Virus record (IMG/VR): IMGVR_UViG_3300043772_001134
Location: 1 to 26,706 of that record
From: a virus
Lineage: Duplodnaviria; Caudoviricetes
Reading direction: 5' to 3' (one strand)
Length of the DNA stretch: 26,706 nt
Position 1 is the first letter of the stretch. Each line of letters starts with the position of its first letter. The position numbers and the translations under genes are program-made. Of this stretch, positions 9,345 to 18,404 are shown piece after piece. The notes beneath the pieces were generated by a model that saw only the letters and a program-made list of their open reading frames with translations, was not told the origin of the DNA and did no database searches.

Positions 9345-10083
9345 ACGTATTTCTGCCAGTCTTTACCGAACAGCCGTTTCAGTTCTTCGGGCGATGCCTC
9401 GCGCGCCTTTGGCTTCTTTGCAAACGGGTTGAACTTTCGGGGATCGGCTTTCGGTGCGTGCTGGGCTTTGTGCAGGTTGACTTGCTGTGCCAGCAGGTTG
9501 GCCGTATGCCACCAGTCGTTCTCTAGGCGGCCGTTTCTAGCTGCGATGAGTTGTCGGAGGGTCCACTTTCCTGGGTGGACTCCAAGGATTCCTGCGGCCT
9601 CCCAGACGGCATCCCAGATGCTGCGTTCGTCAGCGCCTCCACTGTCACGCCCGCCATCTGCGCCTCCGCCCGACCGAGCATTTCGGTTTGCACTTCGTCC
9701 ATCTTGCTGCCGAGAAGCCCGACCATCTTGCGGAGGCGCAGCGGGAAAAAATCGACAAGCTCAGCCTCCAACGCCTTAGAAGCCGACTCGAGAGAATCGC
9801 CACGCAGCCCGTCCAAGAATTCTTCCTTGGACAACTTCCGTTCCTCGATCTGCTTCACAAGCATGGCGTAGAGGATTTCGCCCAACTTGGAGAACTGGCT
9901 CCGAAGCACCTGGAACGTCTGCGCGATGGACCCGGCGTCCACCAGATCGAACGGCACTTGCTTCCGTTCGCCTGTGTCATCGTCGGTCACGTCAACCGTG
10001 ACCATGTCGCGGACACGCAACGCGCTGGCAACCGTCAACGCCAGCCGCCACGGCCGGCCTTCCTCGTCTCTGAATTCACGCAT
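9341..10083 (-). CDS. Frameshifted tail assembly chaperone (gpGT-like, ~247 aa) via -1 ribosomal frameshift
   Basis: The -1 frame is open from the slippery site (9745-9751) to TGA at 9341-9343, which overlaps the tape measure ATG. It encodes ...IWDAVWEAAGILGVHPGKWTLRQL...WWHTANLLAQ...FGKDWQKYV. Confidence 0.8.
9523..10083 (-). CDS. Tail assembly chaperone (lambda gpG-like)
   Basis: Lies between the tube genes and tape measure; carries the slippery heptamer T TTT TTC at ...VDFF. Confidence 0.8.
   Translation of the reverse strand: MREFRDEEGRPWRLALTVASALRVRDMVTVDVTDDDTGERKQVPFDLVDAGSIAQTFQVLRSQFSKLGEILYAMLVKQIEERKLSKEEFLDGLRGDSLESASKALEAELVDFFPLRLRKMVGLLGSKMDEVQTEMLGRAEAQMAGVTVEALTNAASGMPSGRPQESLESTQESGPSDNSSQLETAA
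9745..9751 (-). other. -1 programmed frameshift slippery site (T TTT TTC)
   Basis: In-frame X XXY YYZ heptamer within GAT TTT TTC CCG. The -1 frame has a TGA a few codons upstream and stays open downstream. Confidence 0.8.
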
Positions 10084-10085
10084 AT

Positions 10086-10439
10086 CTAGCGGAGCCCCTC
10101 TTTCGTCATCCTGGCTTCAATCGTGTAGGTCACCACGCCGTCAATCGGGCACGATTCAGAAACGCCAGTGACAACCGCCGGGAACGACCAGCCGCCCGTG
10201 CCGCCAGACACTGTCAGTTCCGTGCCATTCTGCAGGGACGTTATGAAACTGCTGGCGGCGTCGTCGTTCACCTCAATGGACACTGATGCGTCATAGCCGG
10301 TCGAATAGACGGACGAATAGCGGCTACCAAACTCGTTGATTTCAATGGTGCGGGCCGACTCAGTGAACGTCACGCTGCGAACGCCGGCCACTTGTCCGTC
10401 AACGTCCACCGTGCAGTCTTTGCCGAGCGTGATTGCCAA
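10086..10439 (-). CDS. Tail tube-like protein, paralog 3 (TTG start)
   Basis: Starts MAITLGKD; has C-terminal PIDGVVTYTI; AAGGAG Shine-Dalgarno lies within the end of paralog 2. Confidence 0.75.
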   Translation of the reverse strand: MAITLGKDCTVDVDGQVAGVRSVTFTESARTIEINEFGSRYSSVYSTGYDASVSIEVNDDAASSFITSLQNGTELTVSGGTGGWSFPAVVTGVSESCPIDGVVTYTIEARMTKEGLR

Positions 10440-10442
10440 GTA

Positions 10443-10760
10443 TCAGAACTCCTTGGCAGTCACCGAAAACGTCACGGCGCCGTCAACTCCGATGTTCTCC
10501 GTGACGCTCATGACCTTCCAACCGCTACTGGCGTTCGCCTGAAGGTCAGTAATCAAACCGGTCGCGTCGTGGCACTCAATCTCCCACGTCTTCGTGGTGA
10601 ACCCTGCCGTGGACATCTTGTAGCCCGGCGCCCCGGTGCTGCCGCCGATGTTGTCTCGGTTGCTGATGTCGATCGTTTCGCACTCCTCGGTGTAGGTGGC
10701 AGAAATGATGTTCGTGCCAACCGGAGGCGCTGTCTGGTCCTTGCCGAGAGTGATGGCCAT
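10443..10760 (-). CDS. Tail tube-like protein, paralog 2
   Basis: Starts MAITLGKD; has ETIDIS and GVDGAVTFSV; TAAGGA Shine-Dalgarno. Confidence 0.75.
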   Translation of the reverse strand: MAITLGKDQTAPPVGTNIISATYTEECETIDISNRDNIGGSTGAPGYKMSTAGFTTKTWEIECHDATGLITDLQANASSGWKVMSVTENIGVDGAVTFSVTAKEF

Positions 10761-10799
10761 GTGCTGTCCTTAGTGTGTGGGTGCGTGTGTGTGTGCTTG

Positions 10800-11117
10800 T
10801 CAGTCGGCAACGGTGCGAGAGCCGGAAACCGTGAACGTCACAATGCCGTCAAGCGGCTCTGACTGGGCAACGCTTGTGCAGATGTAGTCTGCGTTTCCCG
10901 TCTCGGTGCCAGTGATCGTGAACACGTCGCCAGCCTCGACGCCGGGATCGTCAACGCATTCAACCTCAATCGTCTGCTCGATCAGCGCCTTGCGGTACTT
11001 GCGCGACGAATCGCCAAGCTTGGTAACGTCCACTTCCGATGCGCTGGACGTGACGGTGCAAGACCGAGCGTTGGAAACGCCGGCAATCGTCACGTCTTTG
11101 CCGAGAGTAATGGCCAT
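10800..11117 (-). CDS. Tail tube-like protein, paralog 1
   Basis: Starts MAITLGKD; has SEVDVTKLGD and PLDGIVTFTVSG, reminiscent of siphovirus tube proteins. AAGGAG Shine-Dalgarno; occupies the major tail protein position. Confidence 0.78.
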   Translation of the reverse strand: MAITLGKDVTIAGVSNARSCTVTSSASEVDVTKLGDSSRKYRKALIEQTIEVECVDDPGVEAGDVFTITGTETGNADYICTSVAQSEPLDGIVTFTVSGSRTVAD

Positions 11118-11144
11118 GTGTGCTCCTTGGGCGGGTGTGCTTGC

Positions 11145-11184
11145 AGATTAGGGCCAGCACAGCAAAGCGGCGTAGGGGGTGTGG
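11145..11184 (-). promoter_or_regulatory. Putative late promoter: CCACACCCCCT-N23-TAATCT
   Basis: The 11-mer (11174-11184) is identical to 24560-24570, with the same 23-nt spacing to a TAnnnT box (11145-11150). Intergenic, upstream of the tube genes. Confidence 0.65.
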
Positions 11185-11991
11185 CTAGCCTGTTTTCCGC
11201 AGAGCGTTCCGCCACTTTTCGTTCGCTTTGGCAACGGCCTTTTGCACAAGCCGAGCGCCCTGCATGAACGGGCGGGCCGGATAGCGGGCCGTCTTCACAA
11301 TCGTGGTGGCTTCCCAGTTGCGGGAATGCCGTGGCTTTTTGTTGGTCCAGACAAGCAGCCCGTAGTCAAACTGATTCCGTTGCGGGCCGAGGCTTGTGCC
11401 TTTCGTGAATCTTCCTGACGCATCGCGCCCGGCCCCGCTTCGACCGGCAGACCTTCGCAGATAAGCATTTCGTGCGGCGCCAACGCCAGTGCGCCACGCA
11501 CGCAGCCGCAGCGTTCCGCCAAACTCATGCAGCTTGTTGAGCCACGGCGCCTTGGCGGCCCCGATCACTGCCGTCTTGCGGCTGGTGTCGAAATAGTCTT
11601 TTATGTCTGCGTAGGTGAACCGCTTCGGCCCCCACGATTTGATTGGACTGCCGGCAGACCGCGGCTTCCCGCTGTTCACCATCGTCAAATCTTTGTATAG
11701 GCCACCGACAAACTCAACGATGGCCCCGGAATTGACCGCGCGCTTGCCAGCCTTTGTTTTCGCTGGTGGCTTTTGGCCAATGCCCTTCTTTGCAGCCTCT
11801 TTGATATTCAGCCCGGCCTTTATCAGACACGTCTGGTTAGTGGCATCCAGCATCCGGCGAACATGGGCGCGGTCGAAAAACCCGCTTTTGATCTTGAAGT
11901 TCAACGCCAACTTCAGATCAGTGGCGGCAGACCGTGACCGGCGGTTGCCGCCAATCTGGCCAGGTCTAATCCATGCACGGCTAGCACGCAT
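11185..11991 (-). CDS. Tail completion/neck protein (HK97 gp10-like), highly basic
   Basis: Arg/Lys-rich, with LHEFGG and C-terminal YPARPFMQ motifs typical of this family; lies next to the terminator and tube genes. Confidence 0.7.
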   Translation of the reverse strand: MRASRAWIRPGQIGGNRRSRSAATDLKLALNFKIKSGFFDRAHVRRMLDATNQTCLIKAGLNIKEAAKKGIGQKPPAKTKAGKRAVNSGAIVEFVGGLYKDLTMVNSGKPRSAGSPIKSWGPKRFTYADIKDYFDTSRKTAVIGAAKAPWLNKLHEFGGTLRLRAWRTGVGAARNAYLRRSAGRSGAGRDASGRFTKGTSLGPQRNQFDYGLLVWTNKKPRHSRNWEATTIVKTARYPARPFMQGARLVQKAVAKANEKWRNALRKTG

Positions 11992-11997
11992 GTGCGT

Positions 11998-12456
11998 TCA
12001 CTCCGGCAGGTCGTCGCTTTCAAGGACGCGATAGGTGGCAACAATCGCCGCCCGCCAAACGTTTCGTTCACTCAGCGCATCGTCTGGGTTTAGGTCGATC
12101 GTGACCGTCTGCGGGCTCGTCACGCCCTCTGGCCAGTCCTCGATATCATCAAACTGGTGGGCCTTCACCTGGCGGAAAATGTCGTTTGCCAAATCAAGCA
12201 TCCCGTCAACGTCTTGATCGGTCGTGACGTGTCTGCCAACGAACACCTGCACGTCATAGTCCACCTGCGTCTGCCGGCGTCCGATTCGGGTCACGTCAGC
12301 GGACCCAGGCGTGACGTAGACCACCGGATTGGCCATCGACTCCACGTCGATGCTGACCCAGTTCTTTCGTTCCACGGTCGTGGACTGAATCGCCCACGTG
12401 ACGCCATCCAGGCTAGTGGCTAGCGCGTCGGCAATCTGCCGCAGATAACTACTCAC
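11998..12456 (-). CDS. Tail terminator-like protein (152 aa)
   Basis: Start re-called to GTG at 12456 (GTGA overlap with the GT2 stop, AGGAGG upstream). Sequence pattern IADALA...VYVTP...YDVQVFV...LDLANDI; synteny. Confidence 0.7.
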   Translation of the reverse strand: MSSYLRQIADALATSLDGVTWAIQSTTVERKNWVSIDVESMANPVVYVTPGSADVTRIGRRQTQVDYDVQVFVGRHVTTDQDVDGMLDLANDIFRQVKAHQFDDIEDWPEGVTSPQTVTIDLNPDDALSERNVWRAAIVATYRVLESDDLPE

Positions 12457-13508
12457 GCCGCGCCTCCTAGCGTCTGTTCCATGGCCGCCACGTTTGAGCG
12501 CAGGCGGGCGTCTTCCGGCCATCTTGCCAGAGCCTGCCGGGCGAACGTGAGTGCCTCTGGACGCCTCCCAAGCTCCCACAGGGCAACCGCCAGCAGGTCC
12601 ATGGCGCGAGTGCGTGCCAGCGGGTCGCTGCAATGCGTGCCGATATTTTCACAGGCAACTGCCCGTTCAGCACACGCAACAACCTTTGCCCATTCACGCT
12701 GCCTGTATGCCAAGAACGCCAGCCGCTCCCACGCTTCTGGCTCGTCTGGCGCTTCTGCCGTGGCCTGCACTAGATAGGCAGGATCGCCGGTTAGCTTCCA
12801 CAAGATGCGGCAGGCGAATGCGCGTTCTGTCGCTATGCCGCCGTCCATCTGCAAATACCGCTCAAAGGCTTCCCGTGCCTCTGGCATCCCGGCGTAGTCC
12901 ATTTCGCGTGCTAGATACCACTGCGCCCGTGCGTCGTGCGGAGCCTCGCGCACGGCGATTCGCAACAACTCTAGGTCGGTCGTGTGCTTTTTCCCCTTGT
13001 CTCGAAAGTGGAAAATCTGCAAGTCAGTAATCATTTTTGACCGCTTCTCGCCATGCCAGCAGATCAACCCTTCGTGCGTCGGTGCTGACCAGCGAAACCC
13101 ACGGCGCGAGTGGATGCGGTCCGCAATGAACACTAAGTCTTCCGTGCCATCGGAAGCCCATGACCAAACGTATTTGTAGAACAGTTGATTTGTGCCGTCC
13201 GTCCATTCCCGTTCAATCACGTCCCGCCAGCCCGGCGACAGCCGCTCATCTAGGTCCAGTCGGATGCACACATCTAGGTCAGACGGCAGGTGGTAGAGCG
13301 ACAGATTGTGGGCATCGTCCCACCGCCACGGCACGACGTTGCCGGTGGCCACCGTCACGCCAGACTGCCGCAGCCTGTCAACCGTGGAATCGGTGGAGCC
13401 AGTGTCGGTGACAACTCGCACGTCGGCTTCGTCACACGAATGCGACCAGTCAAAGACGTGCTTTTCTTCGTTGCGGGCCAGCGCGTAAACGCCGATTTTC
13501 AGACTCAT
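12453..13508 (-). CDS. Glycosyltransferase family 2 with C-terminal TPR repeats
   Basis: KIGVYALARNEE...VVTDTGSTDST, DxD motif (RLDLDE), THE motif, then TPR-like helices (ARAQWYLARE, PEAWERLAFLAY). Confidence 0.92.
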   Translation of the reverse strand: MSLKIGVYALARNEEKHVFDWSHSCDEADVRVVTDTGSTDSTVDRLRQSGVTVATGNVVPWRWDDAHNLSLYHLPSDLDVCIRLDLDERLSPGWRDVIEREWTDGTNQLFYKYVWSWASDGTEDLVFIADRIHSRRGFRWSAPTHEGLICWHGEKRSKMITDLQIFHFRDKGKKHTTDLELLRIAVREAPHDARAQWYLAREMDYAGMPEAREAFERYLQMDGGIATERAFACRILWKLTGDPAYLVQATAEAPDEPEAWERLAFLAYRQREWAKVVACAERAVACENIGTHCSDPLARTRAMDLLAVALWELGRRPEALTFARQALARWPEDARLRSNVAAMEQTLGGAA

Positions 13509-14044
13509 AGGATCAGTGCCGATTGCCGCAGGCCATCGTCGGTGAACGTGGCCCGCCTGTTCCTGCTAGCGCAGAAGTCTTCGACGGCCCGGCGCACGCT
13601 GGCGTTGTCGCAATCATCCGCCAGGATCGCCGGAACGTCAGCGACCAAGTGCAGATCCGCCAGGGCGCCGGCGTAGGAATGATCGCCGTCCACGTGCGCG
13701 AAGTCCGCAGGCGGCAACTCCGTTACACCTCGAGTGTCGGCCCGCAGCAGCTGGGCATTGATTCGCCATTCAGCCACGATCCGCTGCCAGTGGTCCATGC
13801 ACTGCGGCGAATCAGCGTCTAGCCAGCCGTCCACGCACAGCCATCGCGTGCCAGGGCTTGCCAGATGGAAAGCCAGGAGCGAGTACCCGCAGCGGGTTCC
13901 GATCTCAATGCCGGTCTTAGGCTGGATCGCTGCAACGGCGTCAGCCTTGTGCTGGTAGTGCCGCAGCGACCGTGCGTCCAGCGCAAACCAGTCGTTTGGC
14001 ATCCACGATTTCGCCAGTGCGTCAGCTATCTGCTGGTGCAGCAT
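13505..14044 (-). CDS. Class I SAM-dependent methyltransferase (Methyltransf_24-like)
   Basis: IEIGTRCGYS motif I and DFAHVDGDHSY...ADL...LADD. ATG at 14044 preferred over TTG at 14050. Confidence 0.88.
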   Translation of the reverse strand: MLHQQIADALAKSWMPNDWFALDARSLRHYQHKADAVAAIQPKTGIEIGTRCGYSLLAFHLASPGTRWLCVDGWLDADSPQCMDHWQRIVAEWRINAQLLRADTRGVTELPPADFAHVDGDHSYAGALADLHLVADVPAILADDCDNASVRRAVEDFCASRNRRATFTDDGLRQSALIL

Positions 14045-15095
14045 CCGCAAGCATCCCTTCCACGGCGCCGGCGTCTAGGCCCACAAGCCACGCTTCCGCG
14101 TCACGCACGCCAAACGACGCCACTACGCTGCTGCCGGTGATCGCAAGACCAGCGGCGAACTCAATCGCCTGCCGCTCCCGAAACACAAACGGCAGCGACC
14201 ACCGCTTGAGCGTTAGCGAATTGTCCAGCCACACCCAGCGGTGTTCGTAGACCCTGTGGCCGCCGTGCGCCACTTCGTGGATCAGCCCGAGCCATCCGCC
14301 ACGGAATTCCACCAGCTGCGAGCCGCCGCGGAACTGGCTGGCAATGTGCGGCGCCTGCGACCGGCGGTGCATCAGATACGCACCAGCAAGCGACGGGTCA
14401 GCGTCCACTGTGACCGTGTGGCCGGCGTGATTGACGGCGTAGACCCAACCATCAGATCCCTGAAGCGGCATCCAGTTTTTTTCGTGCTGCTGCAGCGACA
14501 GGCAGTCCAGCATTCGCAGGCCTGTGAACTCGGCACGGTCAACGTCCAGATCGGCAATCCCAATCCGGCAGTCGCCGTTGAGCGGCGCCGCATCGCGGAC
14601 CGTGGCGGAAACACCTATACCCGTTTGGGTATGCCTCAGCCTGCAATCCTCGAGCCCCTCAACCGGATACTCGGTCCGGTGGTATTCTGGCCCGGCTATC
14701 GGCCGACAGTCTGCCACGGTCAGATCGGGCCGCAGGCGAACCAGAAGGTTCTGCGTGCGTATCCGGTCGCCGTCTTCTGCTGGCATCACATAGGCGCCAT
14801 CAACGATGCGGTAGTTGCTGGAACGGACAACGGCCACCAGGCCGCCAGCGTCTGCAATCGTCGGATTGAACGCAGACCACCCGTCATGCGCCGGCTCAAC
14901 GTCAAGCCGAACGAAACGGCACCCAGCCAGTTCCTCCAGCGGCTGCGTGTAAAACGTGCGGTTCACCCTGGTCTGCATTTCCATTTCCTGCGGCAGACCG
15001 GGCAGAGACAGCAGCCGTTCGCACGACCGGCGGCCGGCGTCCAATTCGCCTGCGTAGAAGGCGTGGACGCTCAATGCCGCTAGGTGCTGGATCAT
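14022..15095 (-). CDS. GH43/DUF377(GH130)-like five-bladed beta-propeller glyco-enzyme with an N-terminal TPR-like helix
   Basis: Motifs AFNPTI, GLEDCRL, EKNWMP, RGGSQ, LIHEV, YEHRW, IEFAAGL, SFGVRD. Confidence 0.75.
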   Translation of the reverse strand: MIQHLAALSVHAFYAGELDAGRRSCERLLSLPGLPQEMEMQTRVNRTFYTQPLEELAGCRFVRLDVEPAHDGWSAFNPTIADAGGLVAVVRSSNYRIVDGAYVMPAEDGDRIRTQNLLVRLRPDLTVADCRPIAGPEYHRTEYPVEGLEDCRLRHTQTGIGVSATVRDAAPLNGDCRIGIADLDVDRAEFTGLRMLDCLSLQQHEKNWMPLQGSDGWVYAVNHAGHTVTVDADPSLAGAYLMHRRSQAPHIASQFRGGSQLVEFRGGWLGLIHEVAHGGHRVYEHRWVWLDNSLTLKRWSLPFVFRERQAIEFAAGLAITGSSVVASFGVRDAEAWLVGLDAGAVEGMLADAAPADS

Positions 15096-16525
15096 GGCGT
15101 GAAGGTCAAAACGATGTCATTGCCAGAGTCGGACAGCGACCACGTGCCGCCATCCAAATCGTTGTTGTTCGTGAACTCGCTGGCGTCGATCGTGAACTTG
15201 TTGGATGCGAACCCTGCCAGCGTACCGGCCGTGGCAATCGTGAACGACTTCGATGTTGTGTTGTCAAAGTTGGGAACGGCACCGGAGACGTTGCCGGAAG
15301 TCAGCCCAACCAGTTTGATCGTGAACGTGCTGCCGCTGGTGGCCGTGATCGACAGGTCATCGCCTGACACAACCAGCTGGGCAAAGCCGCTGCCGGCAGA
15401 ACCCGTCCAGTTGTTGATTTGCCAGCGATAGGCGCCGCCACTGGCAAGCGTTAGGCCGGCTGAAAACGCTTGCGACCCAACAGGATCGCCGGGCGAAAGC
15501 GTGGCATTCGCGCCAGCTGTGACGGCCGAGGCAATTTCGCCGGAACCGGAAATCGTCCCGCTTGTGAGCGTCACAGGCGAAGCCAAGGCAATGGAACCTG
15601 TGTGCTTGAGAACTGCACCGGCGCCATTGATCACCACGGCCGCGGCAGTTGGAATGTCACCGCTGCTGCCGTCTATTTGCAGCGTCCCATAATTGACCGT
15701 TACCGTTCCGGTCGTTGACACGTCCCGTGTCAGCCTGACAGTGCCAGTGCTGCCAGACGATCCAACGGCAATGTCCACGTCTGGGTAGCCGTCGCCTGTG
15801 TAGTTGTTCCACACAGCGTCAAAGACAACCGTGCCGCCGGCAGCTGCCTGGAGCGTCACGTTGCGGCCTACGAGAATAAATGACGATGACGACCCGACCG
15901 TTGCGGTTCCTGACGTGCTTTCTCCACCGATCACGACGGCCTGGCTCGAACCCGCCCCGCCTGCTGGAATCTGAATCCATTTGGTGAGCGTCACGCCTGC
16001 GGCAACCAGCAGCGCAGCAGTACCGGATGCACCAGCAGAATCATCGCCAAGAATGACTGCGGACGACTGCGCGCCAAATGCGCCTGAACTCGGCAGCGTG
16101 TTTGCTCCCACAGCAATCGTCCCATCAAGGATTGACGTTGAGCCGCTGTAGGTGCTGGAGCCCGTTAGCCGCCACTTGCCTGCCCCTGACTTCACAAAAG
16201 AAATCGGGTTTGCCAGCGGCGCGATGCCAGCAAACGAATTTCCTGCCGTGCTGCTTCCACTAAGCGTCAGCGTTTTGGCGCCGCTGCCTGTGGCAGTCAT
16301 TTGCGCCGTCAGGACCAGTGCGCCAGAGCCAGAAGCATCCAGCGTGGCGCCGCCACTGGTGCCTGCCATGTTGAACACACGGGACGTGGTGTGACCGCTG
16401 CCGGTGTAAAGCACGGTTGCCGAGCGGCTGGCGCTGCCGACGTTGATCGTGGCTCCGTCGCTGCCGTCAAAAGCTATAGAGGCAGGAACGACAAACCGGC
16501 TGAACAGACCGGCCTTGCCTCTCAT
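15092..16525 (-). CDS. Autotransporter-associated beta-strand repeat (PATR) protein
   Basis: [28 protein letters not shown] repeat, TLSPG motif, Gly/Ser/Thr-rich beta-helix composition. Confidence 0.8.
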   Translation of the reverse strand: MRGKAGLFSRFVVPASIAFDGSDGATINVGSASRSATVLYTGSGHTTSRVFNMAGTSGGATLDASGSGALVLTAQMTATGSGAKTLTLSGSSTAGNSFAGIAPLANPISFVKSGAGKWRLTGSSTYSGSTSILDGTIAVGANTLPSSGAFGAQSSAVILGDDSAGASGTAALLVAAGVTLTKWIQIPAGGAGSSQAVVIGGESTSGTATVGSSSSFILVGRNVTLQAAAGGTVVFDAVWNNYTGDGYPDVDIAVGSSGSTGTVRLTRDVSTTGTVTVNYGTLQIDGSSGDIPTAAAVVINGAGAVLKHTGSIALASPVTLTSGTISGSGEIASAVTAGANATLSPGDPVGSQAFSAGLTLASGGAYRWQINNWTGSAGSGFAQLVVSGDDLSITATSGSTFTIKLVGLTSGNVSGAVPNFDNTTSKSFTIATAGTLAGFASNKFTIDASEFTNNNDLDGGTWSLSDSGNDIVLTFTP

Positions 16526-17271
16526 GCGTCAACGTCTCCAACCAGCAGCCACGTGTCAGCTGCATAGAGGATCACCGTCCCTGCGGAATACTGATCGCGC
16601 AGCTTTGTGCCAGGCGTGGCGTTGACGGTCACGCCAGTTGCACCAGTTACCTGAACGGCGCCGACTCCAATTCTGGCAATGTCAACGTGCGTGCCGGTCG
16701 GAAAATCAACGTCAGCAGATGCCGGCACGATGACTTCGACAGGACCGGTGGCAACGTCTACGGTCACCAAACGTCCGGCGTCGGCAAACGCCAGCGTGTA
16801 ACCTGTGGTCTGTGCGTTGATGGTCTGAGGAAGACCGAATCCGCCCGTAGGGCCGGTCACTGCAGGCCCCGTAGGCCCCTGCCTGCCCGTGGCTCCGGTC
16901 ACTGATCTGCCCGTTGGCCCGGTGCTTCCTTGCGGACCCGTCACCGCAGACGCAGGCCCCGTTGCCCCCGTGCTTCCCTGCGGGCCGGTAACAGTCGATG
17001 CAGGCCCTGTGCTGCCAGTAGCACCCGTGCTTCCCTGCGGCCCCGATGGGCCGGTAACAGTCGATGCTGGCCCCGTTATGCCCGTAGGGCCAGTAGGGCC
17101 GGATGACACATCTACCGGCGATCCCCAGCCGGTAACAGCATCCTTGGGACCGTAAAGCGACTTTCCGGTTTTGTCTAGGTAGATGTCACCAACGTTTCCG
17201 ATGCCGCCCGTCGGCGCACCGTTGCCGGCGAGAACAGGCGATCCACCAGTTGGCAGCGAATAGAAAGGCAT
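16522..17271 (-). CDS. Collagen-like fibre protein (249 aa)
   Basis: Central interrupted G-X-T repeats ([18 protein letters not shown]...), N-terminal GAP...GDIYLD...LYGPK domain and a globular C-terminal domain. Confidence 0.85.
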   Translation of the reverse strand: MPFYSLPTGGSPVLAGNGAPTGGIGNVGDIYLDKTGKSLYGPKDAVTGWGSPVDVSSGPTGPTGITGPASTVTGPSGPQGSTGATGSTGPASTVTGPQGSTGATGPASAVTGPQGSTGPTGRSVTGATGRQGPTGPAVTGPTGGFGLPQTINAQTTGYTLAFADAGRLVTVDVATGPVEVIVPASADVDFPTGTHVDIARIGVGAVQVTGATGVTVNATPGTKLRDQYSAGTVILYAADTWLLVGDVDA

Positions 17272-17280
17272 GGATGAATC

Positions 17281-17562
17281 CTAGACGTTGTTATTGGGAA
17301 CCGGCTGTGTCTCTGGTGGCACGAACTCGCCGTCGGGTCCGCGCGTCGGGTCGAACGTGTAGCCGATGCCGGCGTACGTGCCGCGGTATGGCGTGCCGCC
17401 GTACAGGTGAACGCCCGATCTCGTGTTATACGAGGTCCTGCGACAGGTCAGGTTGCGGACGCTCGCGTAATACGCCTCCCAGTCGGTGTCCTCGCATTCG
17501 TCTTTTCCAGCGATGACCTCGACAACGACGTTCTGTTCGTCAAGAAAAGCGTAGTGTGCCAT
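17281..17562 (-). CDS. Hypothetical virion-associated protein (MAHYAFLDEQNVVVEVI..., 93 aa)
   Basis: Start re-called to ATG 17562, just after the previous stop. YRGTYAGIGYTFD motif of the small proteins I recall following Gly-rich phage genes. Confidence 0.7.
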   Translation of the reverse strand: MAHYAFLDEQNVVVEVIAGKDECEDTDWEAYYASVRNLTCRRTSYNTRSGVHLYGGTPYRGTYAGIGYTFDPTRGPDGEFVPPETQPVPNNNV

Positions 17563-17564
17563 TG

Positions 17565-18404
17565 TCAGCTCCACGAGACCGTATCGGTGCCAGCCGTGAT
17601 CGTGACGGTCGTCAGTCCGCCGCTGGTGGCCGTGCTGCTCGTCAGGCCGGCGCCGATCGTGATCCGCAACGCAGAGTTGAACCTAATGACGACGATTCCT
17701 GATCCGCCCGCAGCGCCGGCTTGAAAGCCGCTCGTCGCCCCGCCACCGCCTCCGCCACCGCCGGTGTTGGCGGTCCCTGCCGTGGCCTGCGTTGTGCTGG
17801 CGGCTCCGTTGCCGCCGCCGCCGCTGCCGCCGGTTGACGTGGTAGACAAACCGTTCGCGTTGCCGCCGCCGCCGCCGCCGGCGTAAGTCACGCCGTCGAA
17901 GGCCGTCTTCCCGGCGCCTCCGTTCCCCGGCGCTCCCGGCGACGAGTTTGCGGCGACTCCGACAGCGCCGGCGCCACCTCCGCCGCCGCCCCTGGCGACG
18001 TTGCTGGCGTTGTTCCCGTTACCACCAGAGTTGCCCTGCGGCGATGCGATCGACGCCGCGGCGGCCGTCAACGAGTTGCTCCCGCCGCAGCCAGACCCGC
18101 CGACAGAGGCTGACAGATTGGTCTGCCCGCCGCCGCCGCCAACAGGAACGATGCCGTCGAACCGAGAATGAGATCCTCGCGAATTGACAGCGCCGCCTGC
18201 GCCGACTGTCACGCTGTACGAGGTGTTCAGCGTGATCCCGAGCGTCTGCTCGAGGAATCCTCCACCGCCGCCGCCACCGCCGGAGCCCGACGCGGTATGG
18301 CCGCCGCCGCCGCCAGCGACGACGAGGACTTGGACGCTTCGCGAAATCTGCTCGCGGATGTCGCTGCGGCTGGCGAGCGAGTTTCCGGCCGTGCGGATCG
18401 ACAT
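17565..18404 (-). CDS. Glycine-rich fibre-associated protein (279 aa)
   Basis: Start re-called to ATG 18404 (TGATG overlap). VLVVAGGGGG...YAGGGGG...ANTGGGGGG...GGSGIVVIR is the phage glycine-rich domain pattern. Confidence 0.85.
   Translation of the reverse strand: MSIRTAGNSLASRSDIREQISRSVQVLVVAGGGGGHTASGSGGGGGGGGFLEQTLGITLNTSYSVTVGAGGAVNSRGSHSRFDGIVPVGGGGGQTNLSASVGGSGCGGSNSLTAAAASIASPQGNSGGNGNNASNVARGGGGGGAGAVGVAANSSPGAPGNGGAGKTAFDGVTYAGGGGGGNANGLSTTSTGGSGGGGNGAASTTQATAGTANTGGGGGGGGATSGFQAGAAGGSGIVVIRFNSALRITIGAGLTSSTATSGGLTTVTITAGTDTVSWS

Noticed and set aside
12457-12633. N-terminal extension of ORF 11998..12633
   Set aside because: Overlaps the GT2 gene; GTG at 12456 has an AGGAGG site and a GTGA overlap.
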